Positions 36,720-45,547 are shown, counted from the whole stretch's first letter. The stretch is DNA of 63,874 nucleotides, filler included, from an uncultured archaeon (GCA_964442255.1; 6 parts of 5 records of this genome joined end to end with filler, not necessarily neighbours in it); one strand, 5' to 3'. Numbers and translations are program-made. Notes: generated by a model from the letters alone, not told the origin.

Positions 36720-38242
36720 TTTGAAAGCCTCTTCACGGTTCCTTTTGTTGCGTCAACCTCAACCAGCAGGTTGTCTTCAAGGGCTTTTGTTGCGACTCTC
36801 GTGCCGATTACGCACGGAATTTTAAGCTCGCGGGAGATTATGGCAGCGTGGGAGGTGATTCCGCCCGCGTCTGTTACGATTGCGGAGGCCTTTTTCATTG
36901 CCGAAACCAGAAAAGGGTTTGTGGCGCTGCTCACCAAAATGTTTCCTTTCCTCATTTTAGCCAAATCCTTTGAGGAATTGAGTATTTTAACCGTTCCCTT
37001 GGCTTTTCCCGGAAAAGCGCAGTCCCCGGAAAACTCGTTAATGTGTGAAAGTTCTTCCTGCATTGCCTCAACCTCCTTCATCCACTTCCTTGTTTCATCC
37101 CCTCCGACAATCTTGAGGCTTTTTCCCTTTTTAAGCGCCATGCTTAACTTCATTCTTTCATTTAAAAGCGTCGGGGTAATTTTTCTTTTCACAAGAAAGG
37201 ACTCCATTTCCCAGGGCGCAACCATCCTTGTTTGGTTTACGCTCAGGTAAAGCCTTTTGGAGATTTCATCCAAAAGCGAGTCAACGTGGTAATAAGAGCG
37301 GGACATCAGCTCCTTGCGGAAAACCTTCAAAAAAGCCACCATCCGCAGGTCGGAAAAAAGCCTTTCCATTTCTTTTCCCATTTTGAGTTTTTTAAGGAGT
37401 TTTCTTTGCCTTGTTTTTATTTCGGTGTAGCGGTTTTTTTCCTTTAAAAGCAGTTTTTTTCGGAAACAGGTTTTTTGGAGCAAATGCTTCAGGGATTCAA
37501 TGAAGTGCGCTTTTCCCACAACAGGGCCCTCGTAAACGTACACAATCCAGGGAAACCTTTTTGCGTGCAGGGAAAACAGGTAGTCGATTTTTGGCGCGGT
37601 TCTCGGCAAAAGGGATTGAATTTTTTGGGGGCTCTTTTTTTTGAAGAGCTCAACCGCTTTCCTGTTCTTCAAAACATTTAAGGCGATTTCAATCAACGCA
37701 AGCTCCTCCATGCGCATATGGGTTTTGCGTGTTGGGGTGGACAAAAGGTTAAAGTATTCCGCGCTCTTGCCTTCCGGAACCTGCGGAAGGCTGTTAAAAC
37801 GGTTTTTGAGGTAAGAGGAAAAAATTGGCCTCTGCATTTCAAGCAATGAACAGGTTGTGCCCCATTCAAGCGCAAGAGAGGCCTTTTTATTGAAACTTTC
37901 GTAGAGCTGCAGGAGCTGTTTGTTGGTTTTTTTGGAGAGGGGCATGCGGCTGGCTTTTTTCGCGAAGGAAACAGCCTGCTTTCCGCTTTTAAGCAGTTCG
38001 CGTTCAATCCGCTTCATTATTTCAGGGCTTTTAATTATCTTTTTTAAAAGGTGTTCGCCTGCGGAGGTAAAGGTTGCGGGCTTTGCGTAATAGGTCATGC
38101 TGTCCTCTTTCCGCAGCAGGGAATAGTCGCCGAAATTTGAGCCAAACCGTTTCGCTGACCTGTCCACCGCAATCCAGTGCAGCACTATGGGATAATAGTG
38201 GATTTCCGGCTCGGTTTCAATGTCTTCCCATCCCATCTTCAT
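36716..38242 (-). CDS. helical domain plus phospho-His swivel domain, copy 1
   Basis: GGITSHAAIISRELKIPCVIGT. Confidence 0.9.
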   Translation of the reverse strand: MKMGWEDIETEPEIHYYPIVLHWIAVDRSAKRFGSNFGDYSLLRKEDSMTYYAKPATFTSAGEHLLKKIIKSPEIMKRIERELLKSGKQAVSFAKKASRMPLSKKTNKQLLQLYESFNKKASLALEWGTTCSLLEMQRPIFSSYLKNRFNSLPQVPEGKSAEYFNLLSTPTRKTHMRMEELALIEIALNVLKNRKAVELFKKKSPQKIQSLLPRTAPKIDYLFSLHAKRFPWIVYVYEGPVVGKAHFIESLKHLLQKTCFRKKLLLKEKNRYTEIKTRQRKLLKKLKMGKEMERLFSDLRMVAFLKVFRKELMSRSYYHVDSLLDEISKRLYLSVNQTRMVAPWEMESFLVKRKITPTLLNERMKLSMALKKGKSLKIVGGDETRKWMKEVEAMQEELSHINEFSGDCAFPGKAKGTVKILNSSKDLAKMRKGNILVSSATNPFLVSAMKKASAIVTDAGGITSHAAIISRELKIPCVIGTRVATKALEDNLLVEVDATKGTVKRLSK

Positions 38243-38282
38243 GCACCAGAATAAATGAACCGGAGGTTAAAAAAACCTCCGC

Positions 38283-38669
38283 TTAAAGCCCTTTTCTCAC
38301 TCCCTTAAGGCCGACCCACGGAACCTTCGGGCCGACAATCACTGAATCCTGTTTCGGGAGGTCCATTCTCACCAGAGTTTTTCTGGAGTACTTGTTCCAT
38401 TTGCTCCACGCCTTAAGGTAATTGAAGTGGCAGTGAATCGCGAAAAAGAAAAGCAAAACCGCCGGAATAAAGTACAGTGCGTCAAAAAAGGCAAGCAAAA
38501 GCGACAAAAGCGCGAGGCCTAACACCGCCCAAAAAATTGCAAGGCGGTAAATTTCCTTTGCTTTCAGGGAAGCGTATTCCCTTCCGACAGCGTCACGCTT
38601 CCACCTTTCCATGCGCTTTGGGTCAAAGTTAATATCATGGGAATGCCCCTGCACCATTTTCAGGCTCAT
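38283..38669 (-). CDS. small 2-TM membrane protein, paralogue B
   Basis: GGTGA RBS before ATG 38669; LKMVQG...DPKR...AVGREY. Confidence 0.65.
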   Translation of the reverse strand: MSLKMVQGHSHDINFDPKRMERWKRDAVGREYASLKAKEIYRLAIFWAVLGLALLSLLLAFFDALYFIPAVLLFFFAIHCHFNYLKAWSKWNKYSRKTLVRMDLPKQDSVIVGPKVPWVGLKGVRKGL

Positions 38670-38687
38670 TTTTTTTTTCACCTTTCC

Positions 38688-38716
38688 TTTTGGCAAGCTT
38701 TTTTTCCAAAGAGTTT
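38688..38716 (-). repeat. short palindromic repeat family copy
   Basis: Reverse complement AAACTCTTTGGAAAAAAAGCTTGCCAAAA. Confidence 0.6.
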
Positions 38717-38759
38717 GTTTTTTTACCTTTTCCTTTTTTCACAATTCTATTTTTTTCGC

Positions 38760-39101
38760 CTAATCGTTATTCGGCCCGGAAATGCAGTCCACCCTTGTGA
38801 CAAACTTGCTTTCCCACATTTCCTTGTCGTCCAGTTTGTCCCCGTAAACAAACTGCGCCTTAAGCGTAAGCGGAATCAATGGAAGCAAAAGCACAAAGAA
38901 AAAAGGGCTTGCCAGCAGCCCGGCCAAAAAAACAACAAAGTCCACCGCCATAAAGGCGTAGTACTTTAATTTCAGGCTTTCAACTAACGTAATCCAGCGG
39001 AAGTACTGCCTTCCAACCGCTTTCCTTGAGTCGTATGGCAGTTTGCGCGGGTCTACAGTTACCTCAATGTTTTGCCCTTCAACAAGCTTCAGGTTTTGCA
39101 T
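38760..39101 (-). CDS. small 2-TM membrane protein, paralogue A
   Basis: GGTGA RBS; LKLVEG...DPRK...AVGRQY. Confidence 0.65.
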   Translation of the reverse strand: MQNLKLVEGQNIEVTVDPRKLPYDSRKAVGRQYFRWITLVESLKLKYYAFMAVDFVVFLAGLLASPFFFVLLLPLIPLTLKAQFVYGDKLDDKEMWESKFVTRVDCISGPNND

Positions 39102-39162
39102 TTTTTTTTCACCGTTTGCCGTTCACCAAATTTTTTTGCCCTTCCCCACAAAGGGCATCCTG

Positions 39163-39244
39163 TTTTTTCGCAAGCCTCCCTGCAAACCAAAGGTTTGCGG
39201 GGCCCCTCAAAAGTTTCTTTTGCAGGGGTTTCCCAAAAAGGCTT
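39163..39244 (-). repeat. palindromic repeat copy with two nested hairpins
   Basis: TTTTTCGCAAGCCT [CCCTGCAAACC-AAA-GGTTTGCGGGG][CCCCTCAAAAG-TTT-CTTTTGCAGGGG] TTTCCCAAAAAGGCTT. Confidence 0.65.
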
Positions 39245-39305
39245 ATTAACTCCCAATAGTTAACCTGTTAATACAATTAGCGCTTCGGGAATTAAAAGAA
39301 ATTTA

Positions 39306-39321
39306 CCCGATATATAACGGG
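39306..39321. promoter_or_regulatory. palindromic operator candidate
   Basis: CCCGATATATAACGGG, 1 nt past the HTH gene stop, upstream of a TTTTAAT TATA-like box on the minus strand. Confidence 0.55.
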
Positions 39322-39322
39322 G

Positions 39323-39997
39323 CTATAACTGGCGCTTTTCGGCTATGTTTTCAAGCAAAAAAGGCATTGCCTTTTCCTCCGCCCTCCTCAAGTGCTCCTG
39401 AAAAGTTGAGGCGGAGCATTTCATTGCCTTTGCGAGCTTGCCTATGTTGGCTTTCTTGGGGTAATCGTAGTAGCCGTGCTGGTACGCCAATAGCAGTGCT
39501 TTTTTTTGTTTTTCCGTGAGTTTGGGCATCAGGTGGGGAATGAAGACATCGGAAATCTTTTGTTTCTTTATTGAAATGGATTCAACCTTCAGCCATTTCC
39601 TGCATTTTTTCAAAAACTCTGAGAGGTGCTTTTTGTCCCAGGAAGCGCATTCAAGGTATTCAAATCCGTCCGGCTTCACGATGACGGGCTTGATGAACAT
39701 TATTTCCGGGGAAACATACATCTGGAGGTGGGTTTCTTTTGCGGGGGCTTCAAGGGAATATGCAAGAAAGTTTCCCTCTATTTCAATGTTTTTCAGCCTC
39801 TTGTCTTTGCGGATGGATTTCATGTAATCCTGCACGTTTTTTTCCTCCCCCAGAATAAAGTGCCCTGAAGTGAGGCGCATTTTGCTTCCTTCCTTGTAGG
39901 TGTTCATCAAAAACGCGAGGATTGTGACGTTGTGTTTCTGGGCGCGGGGAATCGCCATGGAATTTTCGTGCCAGAACTTCATTTTCGCGATCCACAT
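39323..39997 (-). CDS. HTH-10 (Bat-like) transcriptional regulator
   Basis: LTEKQKKALLLAYQHGYYDYPKK...LAKAM...STFQEHLRRAE. Confidence 0.9.
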   Translation of the reverse strand: MWIAKMKFWHENSMAIPRAQKHNVTILAFLMNTYKEGSKMRLTSGHFILGEEKNVQDYMKSIRKDKRLKNIEIEGNFLAYSLEAPAKETHLQMYVSPEIMFIKPVIVKPDGFEYLECASWDKKHLSEFLKKCRKWLKVESISIKKQKISDVFIPHLMPKLTEKQKKALLLAYQHGYYDYPKKANIGKLAKAMKCSASTFQEHLRRAEEKAMPFLLENIAEKRQL

Positions 39998-40163
39998 GAA
40001 AAAAACAACGCCTTCCAGGCATTTAAAGGTTTTCCTTGAACCAGGCCTTTGCCGCTTTCAGCCTGCGCTGCAGGCCAGGCCATCCGTTTTCAGCGCCATG
40101 GCCGGGCGTTTCCCGAATGCAACCGCTACCTTTTTATTTTCCCGCCGCGTATTGTTTAATGAA

Positions 40164-41522
40164 ATGATCCGCGAAGAGGCAGTTCCAAAGGTTAAAAAAA
40201 TTCCGGGGCCGAATGCAAGAAGGTGGAGGAAATTCCATGAAAGGTTTGCGGCAAAAAGCACCTACGAATGGGAATTCATTTGGGACCGGGGCAGGGATGC
40301 AACAGGGCCTTTCGCGACGGACGTGGACGGAAATGTGGTGCTGGACTTTTTTTCGCACGTTGCATCCGCTCCATTGGGCTACAACAACCCCGAAATACAG
40401 CAGTTAATGGTTGAAATGCAGGTCATTGACCCTGACCGTTACGCGGGCGCGGATTTGGTTGCGGGCTACGGCGCAAGCCCAAGGCAAAGCCCGATTCCAA
40501 CGCCCTCGCATTTGCAGGAAAAGCTCCTGAAGATAACAAAAAAATTCAAGTTCGGGCAGGTTTTTTTGTCCAACTCCGGCGCCGAGGCGGTGGAAAACGC
40601 GATTAAAATCTGCTATGACAACAAAAAAAACCAGGGTTATGGTTTTTGTTTTGACGGCGCATTCCACGGAAGGACTTTAGGCGCGTTGTCTTTAAACAGA
40701 AGCAAAACAATGCACCGCAAATACTATCCCCAAATCCCAAAAATAGTTTCCCTGCCTTTCTGCTGGCTTGAAGGCAACGTCTGCTGCGGTGACAAAGTTT
40801 ACACGCACAAGGGGCAGATGACGGCACTGGAGTCAATGCTTGACCCGGAGATAGGGGAAATAGACAAAAAAGAGGCTGCATTCATTATCCTGGAGCCGAT
40901 TCAGGGCGAAGGCGGCTACAATATCCCTACAAAGGAATTCATGAAGGAAACGCAGGAGACAATCTCAAAATACAATATTCCATTTATTGTGGATGAAATC
41001 CAGTCAGGGATGGGAAGGACAGGGAAATGGTGGGCTTCCGAGCATTTCGGGCTTAAGCCGGACATAATGACCGCGGGAAAGGCTTTGCGTGTTGCGGCAA
41101 CAATCGGAAAAAAGAAAATGTTTCCAAATGAAAACGCCCGAATTTCAGGGACATGGGCGGAAGGCAACGCAATTGCGTCCGCGGTCGGGTGCAAGACGAT
41201 TGAAATCATTGAAAAAAAGCATTTGCTCAGGAATGCGGATTCGACGGGAAAATATTTGAGGAAAAGGTTTTTGGAGTTAGACAGGCACAAAAGGAAAATA
41301 ACGAATGTGCGGGGCATAGGGCTGATGGACGCATTTGAATTCAAAAGCAAAAAAATGCGTGACCAGTTCAAGGCACTCGCGCTAAAGAACGGCCTGCTTT
41401 TGGGGGGATGCGGATACAAGAGTGTGAGAATCCTTCCGCCCTTGGATGTGACAAAAAGGGAAATTGATTTGGCTGCTGAAATCGCGGAAACGGCGCTGAA
41501 AAAAGTGAAAGAACGCAGATAG
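40164..41522 (+). CDS. class III PLP aminotransferase
   Basis: DVDGN..LD; NSGAEAVE; FHGRT; EPIQGEGG; DEIQSGMGRTG; AGKA. Confidence 0.93.
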   Translation: MIREEAVPKVKKIPGPNARRWRKFHERFAAKSTYEWEFIWDRGRDATGPFATDVDGNVVLDFFSHVASAPLGYNNPEIQQLMVEMQVIDPDRYAGADLVAGYGASPRQSPIPTPSHLQEKLLKITKKFKFGQVFLSNSGAEAVENAIKICYDNKKNQGYGFCFDGAFHGRTLGALSLNRSKTMHRKYYPQIPKIVSLPFCWLEGNVCCGDKVYTHKGQMTALESMLDPEIGEIDKKEAAFIILEPIQGEGGYNIPTKEFMKETQETISKYNIPFIVDEIQSGMGRTGKWWASEHFGLKPDIMTAGKALRVAATIGKKKMFPNENARISGTWAEGNAIASAVGCKTIEIIEKKHLLRNADSTGKYLRKRFLELDRHKRKITNVRGIGLMDAFEFKSKKMRDQFKALALKNGLLLGGCGYKSVRILPPLDVTKREIDLAAEIAETALKKVKERR

Positions 41523-41692
41523 GCGAGCCTAAGCTCTTTAACAACAACACCTGAAACAACAATAACTGATTTTTCCTTCCTGCATTTCGCCAAAAACTGG
41601 AAGGCAAACTCCCCCAAAGGCCTAATCCCATTGCCCCTGTCCTCAAAGTAGTCCCTCCAGATTGCAGTATCCAAATAGAATTTCTTTGGCAT
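41523..41692 (-). pseudogene. PIN-domain toxin fragment
   Basis: FYLDTAIWRDY...VVSGVVVKEL, then the frame runs antisense into the aminotransferase. Confidence 0.6.
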
Positions 41693-41825
41693 CAAGAAAA
41701 AGGAAGCAAAGGCATTAGAGCGTTTGGAGGGGGCAGATTTCCTGTGAACATCAGAACCTGCGGTTCCGCGAAGCGGGTTTTGATGAAACTTTTATCAAAA
41801 GTTTCTCCGATGCCTCCCTTAAGTT

Positions 41826-42905
41826 TCAAAAGAAAACATTGAACAGGTAACCCAAAACCAGAATCTGCGGAACCGTAATGACCGGAAGAAGAATTGCAGC
41901 CCTTTTTCCGATGTTGCTCCAAATCAAACCTATTTCAGTGTAGTCGGTTGCAACGCCAGCCATAAGGAAAGTGAAGCTGTTTCCGAAAGCGCCGGTCTGG
42001 CGGAAAATTTCAAAGGAAAGGGGCGCAGAGCCCTCGCTGCAGACCTCAATAATTGTGGCAAGAATTAAAGTGATTAGGAGACCTAAAAGCGTCGGACCCA
42101 AAAAAGCCATGAACAGTTCATGGGTTATGAAGGCCCGCGCAAGGCTTGCGAGGAATATGCCGATTAAAATCCACCACAAAACCATTTTCGTCAGGCTCCA
42201 GCTTCCCTTCAAAACGCCTTTAAAGGAATCCAAAATGTTGGGAAAAGTGTAGCCGTAATTTTTGAGGCGCTTTTTGGCGTCCTCCCTGACTGAAAAAGAG
42301 TAAACCTTTTCCTCCACGGGCTTGTTGCATTCAACAATGCATTTCCTGTCAAGAACCTGGTAGATTAGTCCGGTTATTATCGCGATTATTATCGCGGAAA
42401 CAATCAGCAAAAAGGCCTTTGCGCCGAAAAAACCGAAAAGCAGGAAAGTTATGGGAAGGTTTGCCCACGGGCTTGCCAAAAGAAAGGCGATTACGCTTGG
42501 GGTGGAGGCGCCTTTTTTGTATAACTCCATTGCGATTGCAAGGATTCCATGGGAGCAGGCCGACATCAGGAAACCGAACACAACGGAATAAAGGATTGTG
42601 CGCTTGCGGTGCCGGGAAAGGAATTTCCGGATGTATTCGTTGGGGACAAGGTAGTCAATTGCGCCTCCAACCAAAAAGCCCAAAAGCAGCGCCCACCAAA
42701 TCAGGTAAACGTAGTCAACGAATGCGCTGAGGATTGGGTTAAGGAAAGGAATGAACAGGCCTGCGATGAGCACTAATCCGGTGAATAAGCTGACAATAAA
42801 AAGCCTTTCACGGTACCATTTCTTGGTTTTCACTGCACAGTGCGGGCAGGCCTTTTTTCCTTCCTTTTCCGGCACATGCCCTGCATGCAAATGTTCGTGC
42901 GGCAT
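41826..42905 (-). CDS. permease (DUF318/ArsP-like) with His/Cys N-terminus
   Basis: ACSHG; FLLASP; VCSEG..P; FLMAG; HEHLHAGH...CPHC. Confidence 0.85.
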   Translation of the reverse strand: MPHEHLHAGHVPEKEGKKACPHCAVKTKKWYRERLFIVSLFTGLVLIAGLFIPFLNPILSAFVDYVYLIWWALLLGFLVGGAIDYLVPNEYIRKFLSRHRKRTILYSVVFGFLMSACSHGILAIAMELYKKGASTPSVIAFLLASPWANLPITFLLFGFFGAKAFLLIVSAIIIAIITGLIYQVLDRKCIVECNKPVEEKVYSFSVREDAKKRLKNYGYTFPNILDSFKGVLKGSWSLTKMVLWWILIGIFLASLARAFITHELFMAFLGPTLLGLLITLILATIIEVCSEGSAPLSFEIFRQTGAFGNSFTFLMAGVATDYTEIGLIWSNIGKRAAILLPVITVPQILVLGYLFNVFF

Positions 42906-42997
42906 TTGCCATTGAAGGTATGCGAAAACCAATAAAAGGGGCTATTGTATCGAAAAGGAAAGCCGGACACATTAAATCCGGCAACCCGCAGGTTAAA

Positions 42998-43019
42998 TTT
43001 ATAAGACGTCAGCCGTTAC
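42998..43019 (-). promoter_or_regulatory. shared promoter-like motif, copy 3 (permease promoter candidate)
   Basis: Reverse complement GTAACGGCTGACGTCTTATAAA. Confidence 0.4.
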
Positions 43020-43060
43020 ATTAAAATGGCAGGAAAAATACTGCTTTGGCGGTAGTTTAA

Positions 43061-43540
43061 TTGATTAGAAGGGCGGAAGGAAAGGACCTCAAAGAAGTGG
43101 AGGAAATGTATTTCAGCGAAAGCTCCAACCGTTTTCTTTATTATGACCCAATAAACAGGAAAACCTTCAAAAGAGACTGGAACGACATGCTGAGAAGGAA
43201 ATACAACTTTGTTTGCGTGAGAAAAGGGGAGGTTGTGGGCTTTATTTCCTGCGTAAGGGCAATAGGCCAGGAATGGCACGTCGCACACATTGGGCCAATA
43301 GTCGTGAAACCGGACAGGGACAGTGAAGGCATAGGAAAGGAAATGATGGAATTTCTCCTCAAAAAACTGAAGTATTCAAGCAGGTTCAAAAGGCTTGAGC
43401 TGGAGGTTAACTCGGACAACACAAGGGCAGTAAATTTCTTCAAAAAACAGGGGTTTGAAATAGAGGCCGTTTTGAAAAAGCACACGGAAAGAAACGGCGA
43501 ATACTTTGACGATTTTCTGATGGTGAGGTTTTTCCAGTAA
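43061..43540 (+). CDS. GNAT acetyltransferase
   Basis: IRRA; GEVVGF; GIGKEMM; LEV..DN.RA..FFKKQGF. Confidence 0.9.
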   Translation: MIRRAEGKDLKEVEEMYFSESSNRFLYYDPINRKTFKRDWNDMLRRKYNFVCVRKGEVVGFISCVRAIGQEWHVAHIGPIVVKPDRDSEGIGKEMMEFLLKKLKYSSRFKRLELEVNSDNTRAVNFFKKQGFEIEAVLKKHTERNGEYFDDFLMVRFFQ

Positions 43541-43560
43541 ATGGGTTCCCTGAAAGACGT

Positions 43561-43599
43561 AAAACGTAACTGCCAACGGGGTTTATAAAGACCCACCAC
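43561..43599 (+). promoter_or_regulatory. shared promoter-like motif, copy 2
   Basis: 32/39 identical to 19091-19129. Confidence 0.5.
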
Positions 43600-43600
43600 T

Positions 43601-43958
43601 TAAACTACGGCGGGTTAAAAATTCGCCGAATTTTTGTTCCCGCAAACGACCTGCAAAAACCCCGATTCATCCGCCCATTGAAACAGGCGGGGTTCCCGAA
43701 AAGGCACCAAACGCTTCTACATTGTCTTTCCACCTGTAAACTTCCGCCCATTGAAACAGGCGGGGTTCCCGAAAAGGCACCAAACGCTTCTACATTGNNN
43801 NNNNNNNNNNNNNNNNNNNNNNNNNNNNNNNNNNNNNNNNNNNNNNNNNNNNNNNNNNNNNNNNNNNNNNNNNNNNNNNNNNNNNNNNNNNNNNNNNTCT
43901 TTCCACCTGTAAACTTCCGCCCATTGAAACAGGCGGGGTTCCCGAAAAGGGTTTCTAA
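43601..43958 (+). mobile_element. non-coding mini-element with internal 73-bp tandem amplification
   Basis: Homologous to 63713-63823 (inverted); hairpins at both ends; core TCCGCCCATTGAAACAGGCGGGGTTCCCGAAAAGG occurs 3 times. Confidence 0.55.
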
Positions 43959-44022
43959 AAGCCGTGCCCCCCAGCCAAAGTAAATTCTTTTATATTCCTT
44001 TCCCTTAATTTTAGGGAACAGA

Positions 44023-45507
44023 ATGCGGGACAAAAAGGCGATTGCCGGAGAAATAGGACGGGTTTATCCCCGCTCACTGAAATTCTTGAGCGTAAAACTG
44101 CATGATTTGGTGGAAGGGCGGCTTTGGCTCAAGGTATTAATTGGAATGGTTTTGGGAATAATCGTCGGGCTGGCTTTCGGCCCGAGCGCTGGCTTCGTGG
44201 ATTCAAGCACAGCATACGCGGTCGGGGAATGGCTCGCCCTCCCGGGAACGATTTTCCTTGCAGTCCTGCAGATGATAGTGATTCCTTTGGTGTTTGCTTC
44301 AATCATCCGCGGAATCGCGTCAAGCGAAAACATTGAGCAGCTCAAAAAAACAGGGCTAACGGTTGCCGCCTTCTTCATTGCAACAACCGTGCTGGCGATA
44401 GTCATCGGTGTTTTTTTGGCTTCCTCCATTGAACCCGGAAAATACGTCAGCCAGACGGAAATAGAAAAAGGAATGGGGCAGAATGTTGAGGCAGGGGAAG
44501 GAACAGGGGTTGAGGCACCGAAATGGGCGGAAATTCCGTCAATTCTGACAGGCATACTGCCAAACAACATCTTCAATTCGGTTATCCACGGGGAAATGCT
44601 GCAGGTGGTTATTTTTGCGCTGATTTTCGGGATAGCCCTGGTTAATATGCGGACAAAGAATTCAAAGCCCTTGCTGGAGCTTTTGGGTTCACTGCAGGAG
44701 GTCTGCATGATGATAGTGAAGTGGGCGATGTTTTTCGCTCCCCTCGCCGTATTCGGCTTGATGGCAAGGCTTACAAGCAGGCTTGGGGTTGACGCACTGC
44801 TTGGAATGAGCGTTTACGTTGGAGTAGTATTGCTGGGGCTTGCGTCAATGCTGGCGTTTTACCTTGCGGTAATCTATGTTTTCACAAGGAAGGGGCCGCT
44901 GGACTTTTTAAGGAAAGTGAAGGACGTTTTGCTGCTGGCTTTCTCCACATCAAGTTCCGCGGCGGTAATGCCTTTGACAATTAAAACCGCGGAAGAAAAA
45001 CTGGATGTACGGCCTTCGGTTTCGCAGTTTGTTGTTCCCCTTGGGGCAACAGTCAACATGAGCGGCACGGCGTTATACCAGGGGGTTGCAACCGTTTTCC
45101 TTGCGCAGGTTTTTGGGGTGGATTTGGTTTTGACTGCGCTGCTTTTTTTGGTTGCCGTGATAGTGGGCTCCTCAATAGGCACGCCCGCAACACCCGGAGT
45201 CGGGATAATAGTGCTGGCAATGGTTTTGGGCTCGGTTGGAATTCCCGTGGCGGCGCTTGCATTGATTATTGGGGTGGACAGGATTCTGGACATGTGCCGC
45301 ACAGCCATAAATGTCACAGGAGATCTGGCGGCATGCGTTGTGATGAAAAGGTTTGTGAAAGTCGAAACAACCGCACAGCAGCAGCTTTTGGCCGAGGCGG
45401 AAAGGGAAAAGCAAAGAAAGCTTTTGGGGGAAGACGTTTTGATTGAGGAATCCGAGGATTTGGCAGTAATTGACTCCGCAGGCTATGATTTTCCGCAAGA
45501 AAACTAA
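44023..45507 (+). CDS. dicarboxylate/amino acid:cation symporter (GltP/DAACS)
   Basis: FSTSSSAAVMP; GATVNMSGTALY; DRILDMCRTAINVTGD. Confidence 0.93.
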   Translation: MRDKKAIAGEIGRVYPRSLKFLSVKLHDLVEGRLWLKVLIGMVLGIIVGLAFGPSAGFVDSSTAYAVGEWLALPGTIFLAVLQMIVIPLVFASIIRGIASSENIEQLKKTGLTVAAFFIATTVLAIVIGVFLASSIEPGKYVSQTEIEKGMGQNVEAGEGTGVEAPKWAEIPSILTGILPNNIFNSVIHGEMLQVVIFALIFGIALVNMRTKNSKPLLELLGSLQEVCMMIVKWAMFFAPLAVFGLMARLTSRLGVDALLGMSVYVGVVLLGLASMLAFYLAVIYVFTRKGPLDFLRKVKDVLLLAFSTSSSAAVMPLTIKTAEEKLDVRPSVSQFVVPLGATVNMSGTALYQGVATVFLAQVFGVDLVLTALLFLVAVIVGSSIGTPATPGVGIIVLAMVLGSVGIPVAALALIIGVDRILDMCRTAINVTGDLAACVVMKRFVKVETTAQQQLLAEAEREKQRKLLGEDVLIEESEDLAVIDSAGYDFPQEN

Positions 45508-45547
45508 AATCTTTTATACTCGTTTCCCCTATTTTGTAGGGCTCGCC

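Noticed and set aside
31126..38242. Fragmented or pseudogenised PEP synthase/PPDK
   Set aside because: The ORFs are intact and coupled, there are four swivel domains each C-terminal to a large helical domain, and no pyruvate-binding barrel is present.
43670..43950. CRISPR array (ATTGAAAC motif, 73-bp period)
   Set aside because: The intervening segments are identical, the core belongs to a dispersed element also present at 63713, and no cas genes are in the window. The gap content is unknown.
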